IMG/VR virus record: IMGVR_UViG_3300027749_000038
From: a virus
Direction: 5' to 3' (one strand)
DNA: 64,000 nt
A program made the translations under genes and the position numbers. This document shows positions 17,551 to 27,417 of the stretch, piece after piece. The notes beneath the pieces were generated by a model that worked only from the letters and a program-made list of their open reading frames with translations, did no database searches and had not been told where the DNA came from. How positions within the stretch are numbered: position 1 is the first letter of the stretch; the number at the start of each line of letters is the position of its first letter.

Positions 17551-20500
17551 ATGGCAGCTGCTGACTCCGCTTTTTTAATTGAAAAATTAGGTACCTGGCC
17601 TACAGAAACCTACAGAATTTCTCCCAGTTCTCAACTTATAGAACCACGGCTAGGAGAACTTCCGGCAGAGAATTTACTCAGACTCTGCAATGTGCCTATT
17701 AATGAAGTAGAAAATATTAATACACTTTATTACAACAAAGCATCTTACTTTTTTTCTAATCAAACTAGTCAATATATAATTAATACTGACGAGGGAGCAT
17801 CTTTTGTATGGGATTTATCCAGTCACCGCACAAAATACAATATAGGTCATCAGTTTAATTATTTTTATGTAAATATTAACCCGGGAGCGGAAGCAGCTTT
17901 TAAAAGAGAATATGCATATTCTCTTTATCCTTCTAGATTATTTCTTAAACCAGTTTCTTTGGTTAAAAATATTAATTCTTGGACGCTAACAACCTCTGCC
18001 GTAGTAGCAGATCATACTACGTTTTTTTTCAAATCCTCTGCTTCTGAAGCTCTAGCATATAGTCAACATTATAATTTTTTAAATAGTGGACCCACATTTA
18101 GCCCTCTTCCATCTACATCAGATACTTCTTATGTTTTTAGTTTAAGCTCCTGTAGACAACGAATCAACTATCCAGTTATTATTTTTTCTCCAATCAACAA
18201 TCCGTATAAAACAGTTCGAGCTCTGGAAGACGCTACTATTAATTCTAAAATAAGACCAGATTCTCCGTGTGTAACGTATTCTGTATCGTATTCTGCGTAT
18301 GACGGTGTTTTGACTCTCGGGCAAGATCGAGTAGATACTCATCCTGACCGACCCCACTCTTTCAGAAGTTCTTACATTCTCAACAGCCAAAGTTTATCTA
18401 GCACCCGACAAGCATTTCAACTGCTACAGTTTAGAGCTTTAGGAGATACTACCTCCAATTTAGGCGATGCTAGTAATTGTATACTAAGTGCTGTCATAGA
18501 TCTATCTTCCTCTACTGCTAATTATTATAGCAGGTATCATTATGTTAATAAAACAATATATAGTGATGTGACAGGAACTCCAGGATCTTTCTTAGGGTTA
18601 GATTTTATATCAGACAGCCCAATTTTATTATATTCTTTAGAAACTGTAAGTTCTACTCTTAGTACTTTTTATATTAATTCTGTTAGTTATAATTTAAACA
18701 CTCCTATTTTGCCTTCTATTGCCAATAAGAGTATACAAACAACTACCAAGTATCCACCTCACTATTATTCTTATCAATTATCTTTATCCGCTCCAAAGCT
18801 AGGATTTAATAATTTAACAGATTCTTGTTATTTAACTTTTAGTCTAATTTCATCTGCAGTTTCTGCAAATTCTCAAACGGTTGTTTTATCTTCTTTTATA
18901 AGTTCTGACTATGGATTATTGAAATATGATCTTAAAAACAATAATGTAAAAGAATATATAAAATATGAATTATTATCAGATTCTTTTTTATTAGATCTAA
19001 GTGCTATTAATGTGTATTATGGTCCAAATAAAGACACTTATAATTTAAAATTTTCTCCATGGGTTCCAGTATCATCCGGAGCCGACTTAGTAATAGATTA
19101 TCCCCACACACCTTATGGGGAAGCTACACTGGTGTTGAGATCCACTTTAAGTTCTGCTAGTGGTTTTATAACGTCCAAATTACCTACAGTAATAACTATA
19201 GCAAAAAACCAAACCCAAAGTTATACCGGATCACCTATATTTTTAAATCCAATTAATCAGACCGGCACCACTTTTGATGTATCTTGTGATATGTTGACAG
19301 CAGCTCCTCAATGGCCTACTAGAGATTTGAGAAATTCTTATATTACTTGGAGTTATTCACCATCCGGCTTAGGCGCTACTTTAAGTTCTTTAGATCTCAG
19401 TGGAAACATTGTCAAACCTTTATCAGCCAATGTACCAATTTTATTTTCTCCACAAACATCCTATGTAAGATTTAGTGATTTTGGTTTGAATACCATCACC
19501 ATTCAATTATCTTCTCAGAAGTATAATGAAGTAACTACCTTACAATCTAACTCTGCCATTCAAAATCCGTTTGACGAAAAAAGATTTGTTATAGGACCCA
19601 GTAAAGCTCTAGATAATTTAAACAAAACCCGAACTATAGGTTTAACAGCCTTGGTACCATATCACGGTAAGGTGTATCAATTTCCAACCGGCACCTCATT
19701 GTCTTGGTCCTGGATATATGCATTTACATTACAACCAGAACTAACCCCAATTAAGGTATATTACTACGGAAGTGGAGGTTCTCTCACTCCATATAGTTAC
19801 GGAACCATATTACCAGCAACTCAACTTAGTTCTATTTTTGTAGAAGTGACTCCTGGATATTCAACACAATTACCAGATGTCAATGATGTGGAATTGGTTT
19901 TAACGTGTCATTCACAAAATAATTTATTTAAAACTAATTATAGTTTTTATGTAGATGAATTTCCATCTAGGGATCTTTTAAATTCAGACTTTACTGTATC
20001 ATATACTGGATATAACTCTATATCGGCAACTGTATTAGATACTTCTTTGAATCAATACATTTTGACCCGACCAAATGACAATACAAATGTATTTTCTCTG
20101 TCTTCTTATAGCACATCAGACATATCTCTAAGTACCACTTATGTATGGAGTGTTTCAGACAACACCGGACATACTCAATTAATTTCAGCATTTTACGGCA
20201 AACATCCCACTTTAAATCTTGCAATTACTTCTACTGATATTAATACCACAACAGTCTCATTATGTGGTTTAAGTGCTTATGCGGTGGGATGGCAAGATCC
20301 TAATTTAATAGAAAATGTAGATTTTAGACTCCCAGCATATCACAACATAGCAACGACAGTTACAATTTACACACCCAATTCAGCAGAATTTTATACTCCA
20401 TTAAAATTTATTACATATCCAGAGTATTATTGGAGTGGAACAAAGGCAGTTTTATTAAGTGCTAGCAATTATACACTAGCAAGTGCTCCTACAGCATATA

Positions 20501-23367
20501 ATAATAAAAAATCTAATAGTCAAAATTTTTATATTAGTGCCAATAAAATAATGTCAGAGTATGATTATAGTATTGGATCTCAAAAAACCTTTTTAACTAC
20601 ACTAAACTCTCCTTCTGCAACCTTAATATCTCTACCATATACATCAGAATTTCTCTCAAATAACGGTCTGACAATATCTTTAACTGCATATGGACAGATG
20701 TATCCACAGACTACACCTTTTCAATATGTTAAACCATCTAGTGTGGGTGGAGAATTGGCGATGTACAATTTCAACCTCACAGCTAGTTCAGTTTTACCAT
20801 CCACAACTGATGTAAATTCTTTTGAAAAAAACCCAACACTAGTAAACTTTAATACAGATGTTCTTTTTTCTTATACTCTAGATTCAACTAAGATAGATTT
20901 AGATTATAAGAGATATATTTCTTTGACACAATTTATAAGAGCTGCGGATTCTACCTCACCAGTAATTCCAGTTAGTGGAGGAACTGCTACCTATGCTCTT
21001 AAAAGTACACTTTGGCCAGATTCTTATTTAGTAACAGTTCCAGCAACCACCGGAACTCAAACAATTAATTTACAAATAGGAGATCCCTATGAACCTGGTT
21101 ATCTAACAGAAGAGCAAATCAACAGATTGAGCATATCTTTATACAGTACTAATATTCCATTCACAATTCCAAGTTCTACCTTCAGTAATTATTCATCCGG
21201 AGCGTGGCCACAAGGAGGTGATTTATGGAATCCAGTATTTAGTCAAAGAATTTATCCATTAAGTGGGGATAATAGATGGAGAACATTCACAGCATTTGCC
21301 ACCGCAGTATCTCCCTCTATTTTTGTTTCAAATTTTATATCCATCACCGGAGCTCCAATATCAGTTGCATATACCTCTCCAGCGGAAGTAGATGATAATA
21401 ATATTCTTTTTTATAGAACATATTTTGGTGAAAACGCCACAGATGGTGTAATTTCCTACAAAGGAGGATTAGCAGAACACACATACACCCAGCCTGGGAC
21501 ATATTTTATAGATTATGAAGCTGTCTATCAAGACGGAGCTACTAAAATAGGCACCTTAGCAGAACCAATCATAATTAAATCCAAATGGTCAGAATATAAT
21601 CAAACTCATTTAAGAGATCTTAATGAGGAGATTATAGATTTGCCATGGACTCGAGAGCAAACTCACATCCAACCCAATGAATGGGGAGTAGCAGATATCT
21701 TTAACACTTCTTTAAAAAGATTAAGTGACAATTTGACCAAACTTCAAGACAGCACTCAATCCATCAATAATGATTTTCCTACCGTTTATTACGGATGGCT
21801 TGGATGTAATGCTACAAAAAAGGGATTTGGTATCCGCTGGCATAACAAATATTTTGGAGGCAAATATTATGCTACTCCATCAACTTTTAGTCATATAAAT
21901 AAAAATGTTTACAAAGACAGTACCGTACAATTTTTTAATAACATAATAGATATTTCTTCTTCTGGTGATTATCTATATGTTTTAGATGATTATTTTAATG
22001 TTAGAATGTTTTTAAATAAAAACTATAAACCACAAGAAATAATATTCACTGATACCCCATCTTTTGTAAATCAATTTGTAAAACCTTCTAATATAGAAGT
22101 GGATGAAAATGGAATAATGTATATATTAGACCCACCATCTAATAAACTTTATAGTTTAAATATAGACATAGAATCACAAACCATTAATGTATCTATCAAT
22201 GTCGGAGGATTTGGTGGACGAAACGATTCTAGTAGATTTTCTGCTCCATCTGATTTATCTTTGTCTGAAAACAATGTATTTGTTTTAGATTATAATAATA
22301 AATGTGTCAAAGAGTTTACTAGTGATCTAAATTGGATTCATACCTATTACACAGAAAAATTTGAAACTGATAGACCAGAATATCTAGCCACTCATTTTGA
22401 TGGAATGTGTTATACTGTTTCAGAAAACCATAATTTGTATGTTTTTGATATATCATCTCCTTCTCCTCTATATATCACTTCTTTAAAAGAAATTAGTACA
22501 TACTATCCAAACTCAGTTATAACTAAAATGACTCTGGATGAAGCTGGTGAATTTTTATACATCATTGCTTCTAATGGTAGAACTGGTTTATTATTCAAGT
22601 ACAGTGCTCTTGGAGTATATATAGGAACTTCTCCCCTTGCCTACAATCCATTAACAATTAAAAAATCTTCTTATCGCAATTTACTGATGGCTATTCCACA
22701 AGCCATTGTAAAAATTCAAGATGTAGTAGATTTATTCCGTATAGGACAAGGTTTACCTACAAATATGTGGTCTGAAGAACAAATATTGTTAAAAAAAGAC
22801 GATTTTGCTTCTGATATTTCTTACAATAGATGTTTGAAGAGAATTTCTCAGAATATAAAAACTTTCAGAAATAATCTCAATGGAAAATTTTCAAAAGTTA
22901 CAGAAAGGCTTTCAGTTGGAATAGTTACCTATTATGCCCAGATACCTGTATCAATTGAAGAACAACCATCTTTACACAAAGATGTAGAGAAAGATACAGT
23001 CTCTGTAGGTGTAAATGAATTTCACCTTCCTCAAATTTTAAATAGAGAAATAGACAAAATTTACGACTCTATATTGTCTATCAAACAATTTTTAGATATT
23101 TATGCCCTTTCCTTACCAGACTTTAAAGTAGAAGGATCTGGAGTATCTGTAATATGTCCTCAGGGATTCTGTTGGTCTTGGAATGCTATGTCTTGTTACA
23201 ATCTATCCCTACCATCCATAAGAATATGTAATGTAAATCCCATTACCTATCGAGAATTAGAATCTTCTTTTCCTATAAATTATGATTCCAGTGAAGGATG
23301 GACTAAAACCTGGGACAATGCTAGTTCAGATTGCTGTAACAGCACACCCAATCCCTTGGACGAATAA
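17551..23367 (+). CDS. Very large Ser/Thr-rich structural protein (1938 aa) with PKD and NHL repeats
   Basis: HTYTQPGTYFI (PKD); FVKPSNIEVDENGIMYILD and FSAPSDLSLSENNVFVLDYNN (NHL); Cys-rich C-terminus. Confidence 0.7.
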   Translation: MAAADSAFLIEKLGTWPTETYRISPSSQLIEPRLGELPAENLLRLCNVPINEVENINTLYYNKASYFFSNQTSQYIINTDEGASFVWDLSSHRTKYNIGHQFNYFYVNINPGAEAAFKREYAYSLYPSRLFLKPVSLVKNINSWTLTTSAVVADHTTFFFKSSASEALAYSQHYNFLNSGPTFSPLPSTSDTSYVFSLSSCRQRINYPVIIFSPINNPYKTVRALEDATINSKIRPDSPCVTYSVSYSAYDGVLTLGQDRVDTHPDRPHSFRSSYILNSQSLSSTRQAFQLLQFRALGDTTSNLGDASNCILSAVIDLSSSTANYYSRYHYVNKTIYSDVTGTPGSFLGLDFISDSPILLYSLETVSSTLSTFYINSVSYNLNTPILPSIANKSIQTTTKYPPHYYSYQLSLSAPKLGFNNLTDSCYLTFSLISSAVSANSQTVVLSSFISSDYGLLKYDLKNNNVKEYIKYELLSDSFLLDLSAINVYYGPNKDTYNLKFSPWVPVSSGADLVIDYPHTPYGEATLVLRSTLSSASGFITSKLPTVITIAKNQTQSYTGSPIFLNPINQTGTTFDVSCDMLTAAPQWPTRDLRNSYITWSYSPSGLGATLSSLDLSGNIVKPLSANVPILFSPQTSYVRFSDFGLNTITIQLSSQKYNEVTTLQSNSAIQNPFDEKRFVIGPSKALDNLNKTRTIGLTALVPYHGKVYQFPTGTSLSWSWIYAFTLQPELTPIKVYYYGSGGSLTPYSYGTILPATQLSSIFVEVTPGYSTQLPDVNDVELVLTCHSQNNLFKTNYSFYVDEFPSRDLLNSDFTVSYTGYNSISATVLDTSLNQYILTRPNDNTNVFSLSSYSTSDISLSTTYVWSVSDNTGHTQLISAFYGKHPTLNLAITSTDINTTTVSLCGLSAYAVGWQDPNLIENVDFRLPAYHNIATTVTIYTPNSAEFYTPLKFITYPEYYWSGTKAVLLSASNYTLASAPTAYNNKKSNSQNFYISANKIMSEYDYSIGSQKTFLTTLNSPSATLISLPYTSEFLSNNGLTISLTAYGQMYPQTTPFQYVKPSSVGGELAMYNFNLTASSVLPSTTDVNSFEKNPTLVNFNTDVLFSYTLDSTKIDLDYKRYISLTQFIRAADSTSPVIPVSGGTATYALKSTLWPDSYLVTVPATTGTQTINLQIGDPYEPGYLTEEQINRLSISLYSTNIPFTIPSSTFSNYSSGAWPQGGDLWNPVFSQRIYPLSGDNRWRTFTAFATAVSPSIFVSNFISITGAPISVAYTSPAEVDDNNILFYRTYFGENATDGVISYKGGLAEHTYTQPGTYFIDYEAVYQDGATKIGTLAEPIIIKSKWSEYNQTHLRDLNEEIIDLPWTREQTHIQPNEWGVADIFNTSLKRLSDNLTKLQDSTQSINNDFPTVYYGWLGCNATKKGFGIRWHNKYFGGKYYATPSTFSHINKNVYKDSTVQFFNNIIDISSSGDYLYVLDDYFNVRMFLNKNYKPQEIIFTDTPSFVNQFVKPSNIEVDENGIMYILDPPSNKLYSLNIDIESQTINVSINVGGFGGRNDSSRFSAPSDLSLSENNVFVLDYNNKCVKEFTSDLNWIHTYYTEKFETDRPEYLATHFDGMCYTVSENHNLYVFDISSPSPLYITSLKEISTYYPNSVITKMTLDEAGEFLYIIASNGRTGLLFKYSALGVYIGTSPLAYNPLTIKKSSYRNLLMAIPQAIVKIQDVVDLFRIGQGLPTNMWSEEQILLKKDDFASDISYNRCLKRISQNIKTFRNNLNGKFSKVTERLSVGIVTYYAQIPVSIEEQPSLHKDVEKDTVSVGVNEFHLPQILNREIDKIYDSILSIKQFLDIYALSLPDFKVEGSGVSVICPQGFCWSWNAMSCYNLSLPSIRICNVNPITYRELESSFPINYDSSEGWTKTWDNASSDCCNSTPNPLDE

Positions 23368-23393
23368 GGTAAATATTACATCCCACATTTGTT

Positions 23394-25865
23394 ATGAGTA
23401 ACCGTTTTCATTCTAAGTACCATCGCCAAAATCATCACACTTACTCTAGCAGTGATAATCCAGATGCTGGACACGACCCAATAGCAAGCCCAGAAGCTCC
23501 TTTCCAGGGACCGTTTGTAATCAATGGCACCTTAAGTGCAATTGCGCCACTTAGTGCTTCTGCTGGATTTTTTAAAAGCAATTACACCGGAATTGTGGCG
23601 TGTGGAAATGTTCTTGGAGCTGATATATACGGTAACACCTGTATTCATGGGAATTTAACCATATCAGGAAATATTAATAATGCTGGCGTAGGTGGAGGTG
23701 GTGGAGGAGGAGATTATGTTTTTACAGACGGTTTGCAGGTAAATGGAAATATAGTAAAAGTTTATACTGACCCAAGCACCATTAATATTGCCAATGACGG
23801 AAGAATGTCTGTTAACCTGACAACCATTACAGATGCTTTGTGTGCCATGGTAGGTCATCCGGCAACATTTAGTAGAAACTCTTATTGTTTTGCTGCTAAT
23901 TCTGGCTTGCAATCTTCCCATTTAGCAACTACTTTTGACGCCTGTGGGAATGGGACTACTTGTTATGGCGTAAATTTAAAAGTAGACAACAATTCTATTC
24001 AAATAAATTCAGTATCTAATTTAGTAGAATTAACATCCGCAAGTCGATTTAAATTCATTCCGTCAGCTGGGTTAACTATTAATTCCACAATTAATTCTGG
24101 ATATACTACAATTTCCGCTGCGGTAGATAATAACACCATTAAAATTATAAATGGTCAGATATCTTCTATAACCACATTTGGTAACGGAATGAATGTCAGT
24201 ACAGATAAGGTTGTAACTCCAAATATAGACAATACATCCATAAAACTTGATAATTTTAATAAATTAAGTTTAGGTTATAATTTTTGCCAGGGAGTTTGTT
24301 TAAATAATTCTACAGTTACTGCAAACGTTGACGAAGAAACTATTGTAGTCAACAACAGCAACCAGTTATCTGCAATTAATGTAATAAAAACCAATCAACC
24401 ACAAAGTTCTATACAAACTATTAGAGGATCGTTGACTGTTACTAGCGATTTAAATGCTCTTAGTGGAATAACTTTTGCAGATGGTACAAAAATTACTTCT
24501 TATAGCAGTATACCCAAAACTGTTGCATTTTTTGGCGAAAATCACACTAGTCACTGGACCGCCAATGTAGTAACTTCAGACAATCGAGTAATAATGTGGG
24601 GCAACAACAGATTCTTTTCCAGAGATGATACAGATAGTATATGGCCACCACACCAAGTTTCATTTGATGAATTTTATAACTTCACACTTCCAGCAAATAC
24701 CAAAGTTATAAAGATGATAACTACCAGAGCTCATTCCATGGTGCTGTTTGATAATGGTACCTTGTGGTTTATAGGAGTAGATGCTCTGGGTAATTGGAAT
24801 TATTATTTTCAAAAAATAGCCATTTCTGCATTTATAGTAGATTTTGAAACATCTAGTCACGGCAGTTACGATTGGCCAAATACAGCCGCCATAGACTCTA
24901 GTGGTAAATTATATACATGGGGTACTAATTATTACGGAGAATTGGGGCACGGTACATGGACTTACTGGCAAGATATTAAAACTCCTACTGGATTTGAAAG
25001 TGGTGTAAAACAAGTAGTAATGACACGTACCTGCTTGCATGTACTTAAAACAGACGGAACTCTGTGGTCATCTGGTGGAAATTACTATGGCCAGTTCAGC
25101 AATGGCACTAGTTCACCAGCTCAAACAACTAATACACTTGTAGTGGCTCAGAAAAGTTTAAACAATGATGGTAATTTGCCAGGTACACCATTTAATAATA
25201 TTACTAAAATTTTTAGAAAGAGCACCTCTTGTTATGAATCTTTGTATGTTTATACAGCAGACAATTCTGTATATGCTGTTGGACTAAATGATTCTGGTCA
25301 ATTGGGTGTGGGTGATAATACTAATAGAAATCTTTTCGAGAAAATAGCCACATTTACATCTGGTATTGTAGATATGGCAATTTATGGAGTTGGTAGTTAT
25401 ACTCATTGTCTTGCATATACTTCTAACGGTACAGTATACACCTGGGGATACAATGGTTATGGTCCATTGGGATTTGGAGATGATACTAACAGAAATACTC
25501 CAACCGTAGTATCTTCTTTAGCCGGCATAGCTCCAGTTAAATTAATAAAATATGGCATAGATAGTAATCCCACAAATTCTGCTTTTATAGGAACTGATGG
25601 TTATTTATATTTGGCGGGATGGCGAGCCTTAACCACAGAACAATGGACTGGAGCAAAAGATTATGTTACAAATTTTGCAAGAGTTCCTGTACCAAACGTG
25701 GTAGATGCTCAAGCCATGACCGGCATTAATCATGTTGTAGGTTGGTTAATCAAAGACAAATATAATAAAGTTTATATGATATGTGGATATCCAGCTTATT
25801 ACATGTCCGGACCCACCAATCGCCAAACAAGACAACCAGCAGATATAACTAGTTGGTTTGTTTAA
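23394..25865 (+). CDS. Tail fibre with beta-spiral-like shaft and C-terminal RCC1/BLIP-II repeats
   Basis: Shaft repeats VDNNSIQIN, VDNNTIKII and IDNTSIKLD; RCC1 repeats GKLYTWGTNYYGELGHG, VYAVGLNDSGQLGVGD and VYTWGYNGYGPLGFGD. Confidence 0.75.
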   Translation: MSNRFHSKYHRQNHHTYSSSDNPDAGHDPIASPEAPFQGPFVINGTLSAIAPLSASAGFFKSNYTGIVACGNVLGADIYGNTCIHGNLTISGNINNAGVGGGGGGGDYVFTDGLQVNGNIVKVYTDPSTINIANDGRMSVNLTTITDALCAMVGHPATFSRNSYCFAANSGLQSSHLATTFDACGNGTTCYGVNLKVDNNSIQINSVSNLVELTSASRFKFIPSAGLTINSTINSGYTTISAAVDNNTIKIINGQISSITTFGNGMNVSTDKVVTPNIDNTSIKLDNFNKLSLGYNFCQGVCLNNSTVTANVDEETIVVNNSNQLSAINVIKTNQPQSSIQTIRGSLTVTSDLNALSGITFADGTKITSYSSIPKTVAFFGENHTSHWTANVVTSDNRVIMWGNNRFFSRDDTDSIWPPHQVSFDEFYNFTLPANTKVIKMITTRAHSMVLFDNGTLWFIGVDALGNWNYYFQKIAISAFIVDFETSSHGSYDWPNTAAIDSSGKLYTWGTNYYGELGHGTWTYWQDIKTPTGFESGVKQVVMTRTCLHVLKTDGTLWSSGGNYYGQFSNGTSSPAQTTNTLVVAQKSLNNDGNLPGTPFNNITKIFRKSTSCYESLYVYTADNSVYAVGLNDSGQLGVGDNTNRNLFEKIATFTSGIVDMAIYGVGSYTHCLAYTSNGTVYTWGYNGYGPLGFGDDTNRNTPTVVSSLAGIAPVKLIKYGIDSNPTNSAFIGTDGYLYLAGWRALTTEQWTGAKDYVTNFARVPVPNVVDAQAMTGINHVVGWLIKDKYNKVYMICGYPAYYMSGPTNRQTRQPADITSWFV

Positions 25866-25874
25866 AAATAATTT

Positions 25875-26549
25875 ATGTTTTTTGAATCTTCTGTAACTTT
25901 ATTAGAATCTTTATCTTCTAGTGGTATAACTATAGAAGGAGTAAGCCCATTAATGCTTACTATAGATCCTTCTCTTTTATATTCTTCTAAAAATAGTGGT
26001 AGTGGTAAAAAATTAATCAGAATAGAATATGATTTTGGAGATGGTACTCCTGCACACATTCAAAAAATGTTTTTTACAACAAAAATTGCAGATTCTTCAG
26101 CACCTATATCAGAAGATTTGGGTGATCCTCGAAATTATCCTATAAAACATCTTTTTAATATAAAAGATGGTAATAAAACTTCTATTAACATTTCTGTAAA
26201 ATGTGTTTGGACTCAAGACCCCTCACTAAGACAAGATAGTTTTCAAATATATAATATATTTTTAAATTTAAACACAGCTATTTTAGCTAGTAATCCAACA
26301 GAAATAAGTGCTAAATTTTTCGAAGATGTTCATTTAGTCACTACTAAAATGTTCGGAATAGATGACTCAATTATTTACAATTTTCAAACATTTGAACCAT
26401 CTTATTTAAGCCCAGTTTTAGTAAAGTGGAAGAATAATAATATTCCAACTCTTCGGCAACAATTAATATCCACTCCCAGGTCAGCCGTTAAAGTTATACC
26501 AGCCTTTGACACTCAAAATAATTTAGATGAATCTGTAAATATTGTATGA
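25875..26549 (+). CDS. Hypothetical structural protein (PKD-like YDFGDG motif)
   Basis: 224-aa ORF within the tail operon. Confidence 0.6.
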   Translation: MFFESSVTLLESLSSSGITIEGVSPLMLTIDPSLLYSSKNSGSGKKLIRIEYDFGDGTPAHIQKMFFTTKIADSSAPISEDLGDPRNYPIKHLFNIKDGNKTSINISVKCVWTQDPSLRQDSFQIYNIFLNLNTAILASNPTEISAKFFEDVHLVTTKMFGIDDSIIYNFQTFEPSYLSPVLVKWKNNNIPTLRQQLISTPRSAVKVIPAFDTQNNLDESVNIV

Positions 26550-27406
26550 ATTTTGTAGAACAAGCCAATCTTCCAGGAGAATTGTGGTTAAGATCTCCAA
26601 ACGGAGCCAAAGACACTGCAAATAATGTATTATCTGATGTATATGCCAAATATTCTCAATATTCTTCTTTTTATAGTGAATTAACTTCTAATTCTATTAG
26701 GAGATTTGATACTTTTTATGATTGTCTTTTTGTGGAAACAAAAAGTGGTTGTTTTTTTGAAAAAATTGTGATAGAAAACAATTCTATACAATCTTTTAAT
26801 CGTTATAACCAATTTACTCCTCACTCTGGCCAAGTACCCGGATATGCTGCGTTTAACACCCGACCTGGGTACTGGTTTGATGATGTTAATAACTTAATAT
26901 ATCACGTAATTTTAACACCATCAGCTCTTAATATTAATTTTAGTTCTCGTTTTTATCTCAACATTCATGTAAAAATTTTTGATTGCAACACCTGTGATAT
27001 AAAAACTGTTTTATTAGATCAACTAGTGCTTATATTAAAAGAACCCGGCACCGATTGGAGTACCTACAATTATGTTTTAGAAGATCCTTGTTTGACTTTT
27101 AATTTTTCTACAAAACATTTTAATATTTCTTTTTTAATTAAAAATATACCAAGACAAACTGGCATAATTAGTATTAATTTTAAATCCGGAGATTCAAAAT
27201 ATTATGATGATTATGTTATTACGGAAGTAAACGGCCACGTGCCATTTTTTAATATAGATCTGGAAAATACCATCACCAGACCATTCTTCCCTGGACTCAT
27301 ATATCCAATTCATATTCTTACCGTAGACCCCCAATTTACAAAAAACGACAAAGCTATACAAGTTCTCTCGTCTGATTTTAAGAAATATTTGCTGGTTATA
27401 GAATAA
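26546..27406 (+). CDS. Hypothetical structural protein
   Basis: 286-aa ORF with a 4-nt ATGA overlap with the upstream gene. Confidence 0.65.
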   Translation: MNFVEQANLPGELWLRSPNGAKDTANNVLSDVYAKYSQYSSFYSELTSNSIRRFDTFYDCLFVETKSGCFFEKIVIENNSIQSFNRYNQFTPHSGQVPGYAAFNTRPGYWFDDVNNLIYHVILTPSALNINFSSRFYLNIHVKIFDCNTCDIKTVLLDQLVLILKEPGTDWSTYNYVLEDPCLTFNFSTKHFNISFLIKNIPRQTGIISINFKSGDSKYYDDYVITEVNGHVPFFNIDLENTITRPFFPGLIYPIHILTVDPQFTKNDKAIQVLSSDFKKYLLVIE

Positions 27407-27417
27407 GTATAAACAAG

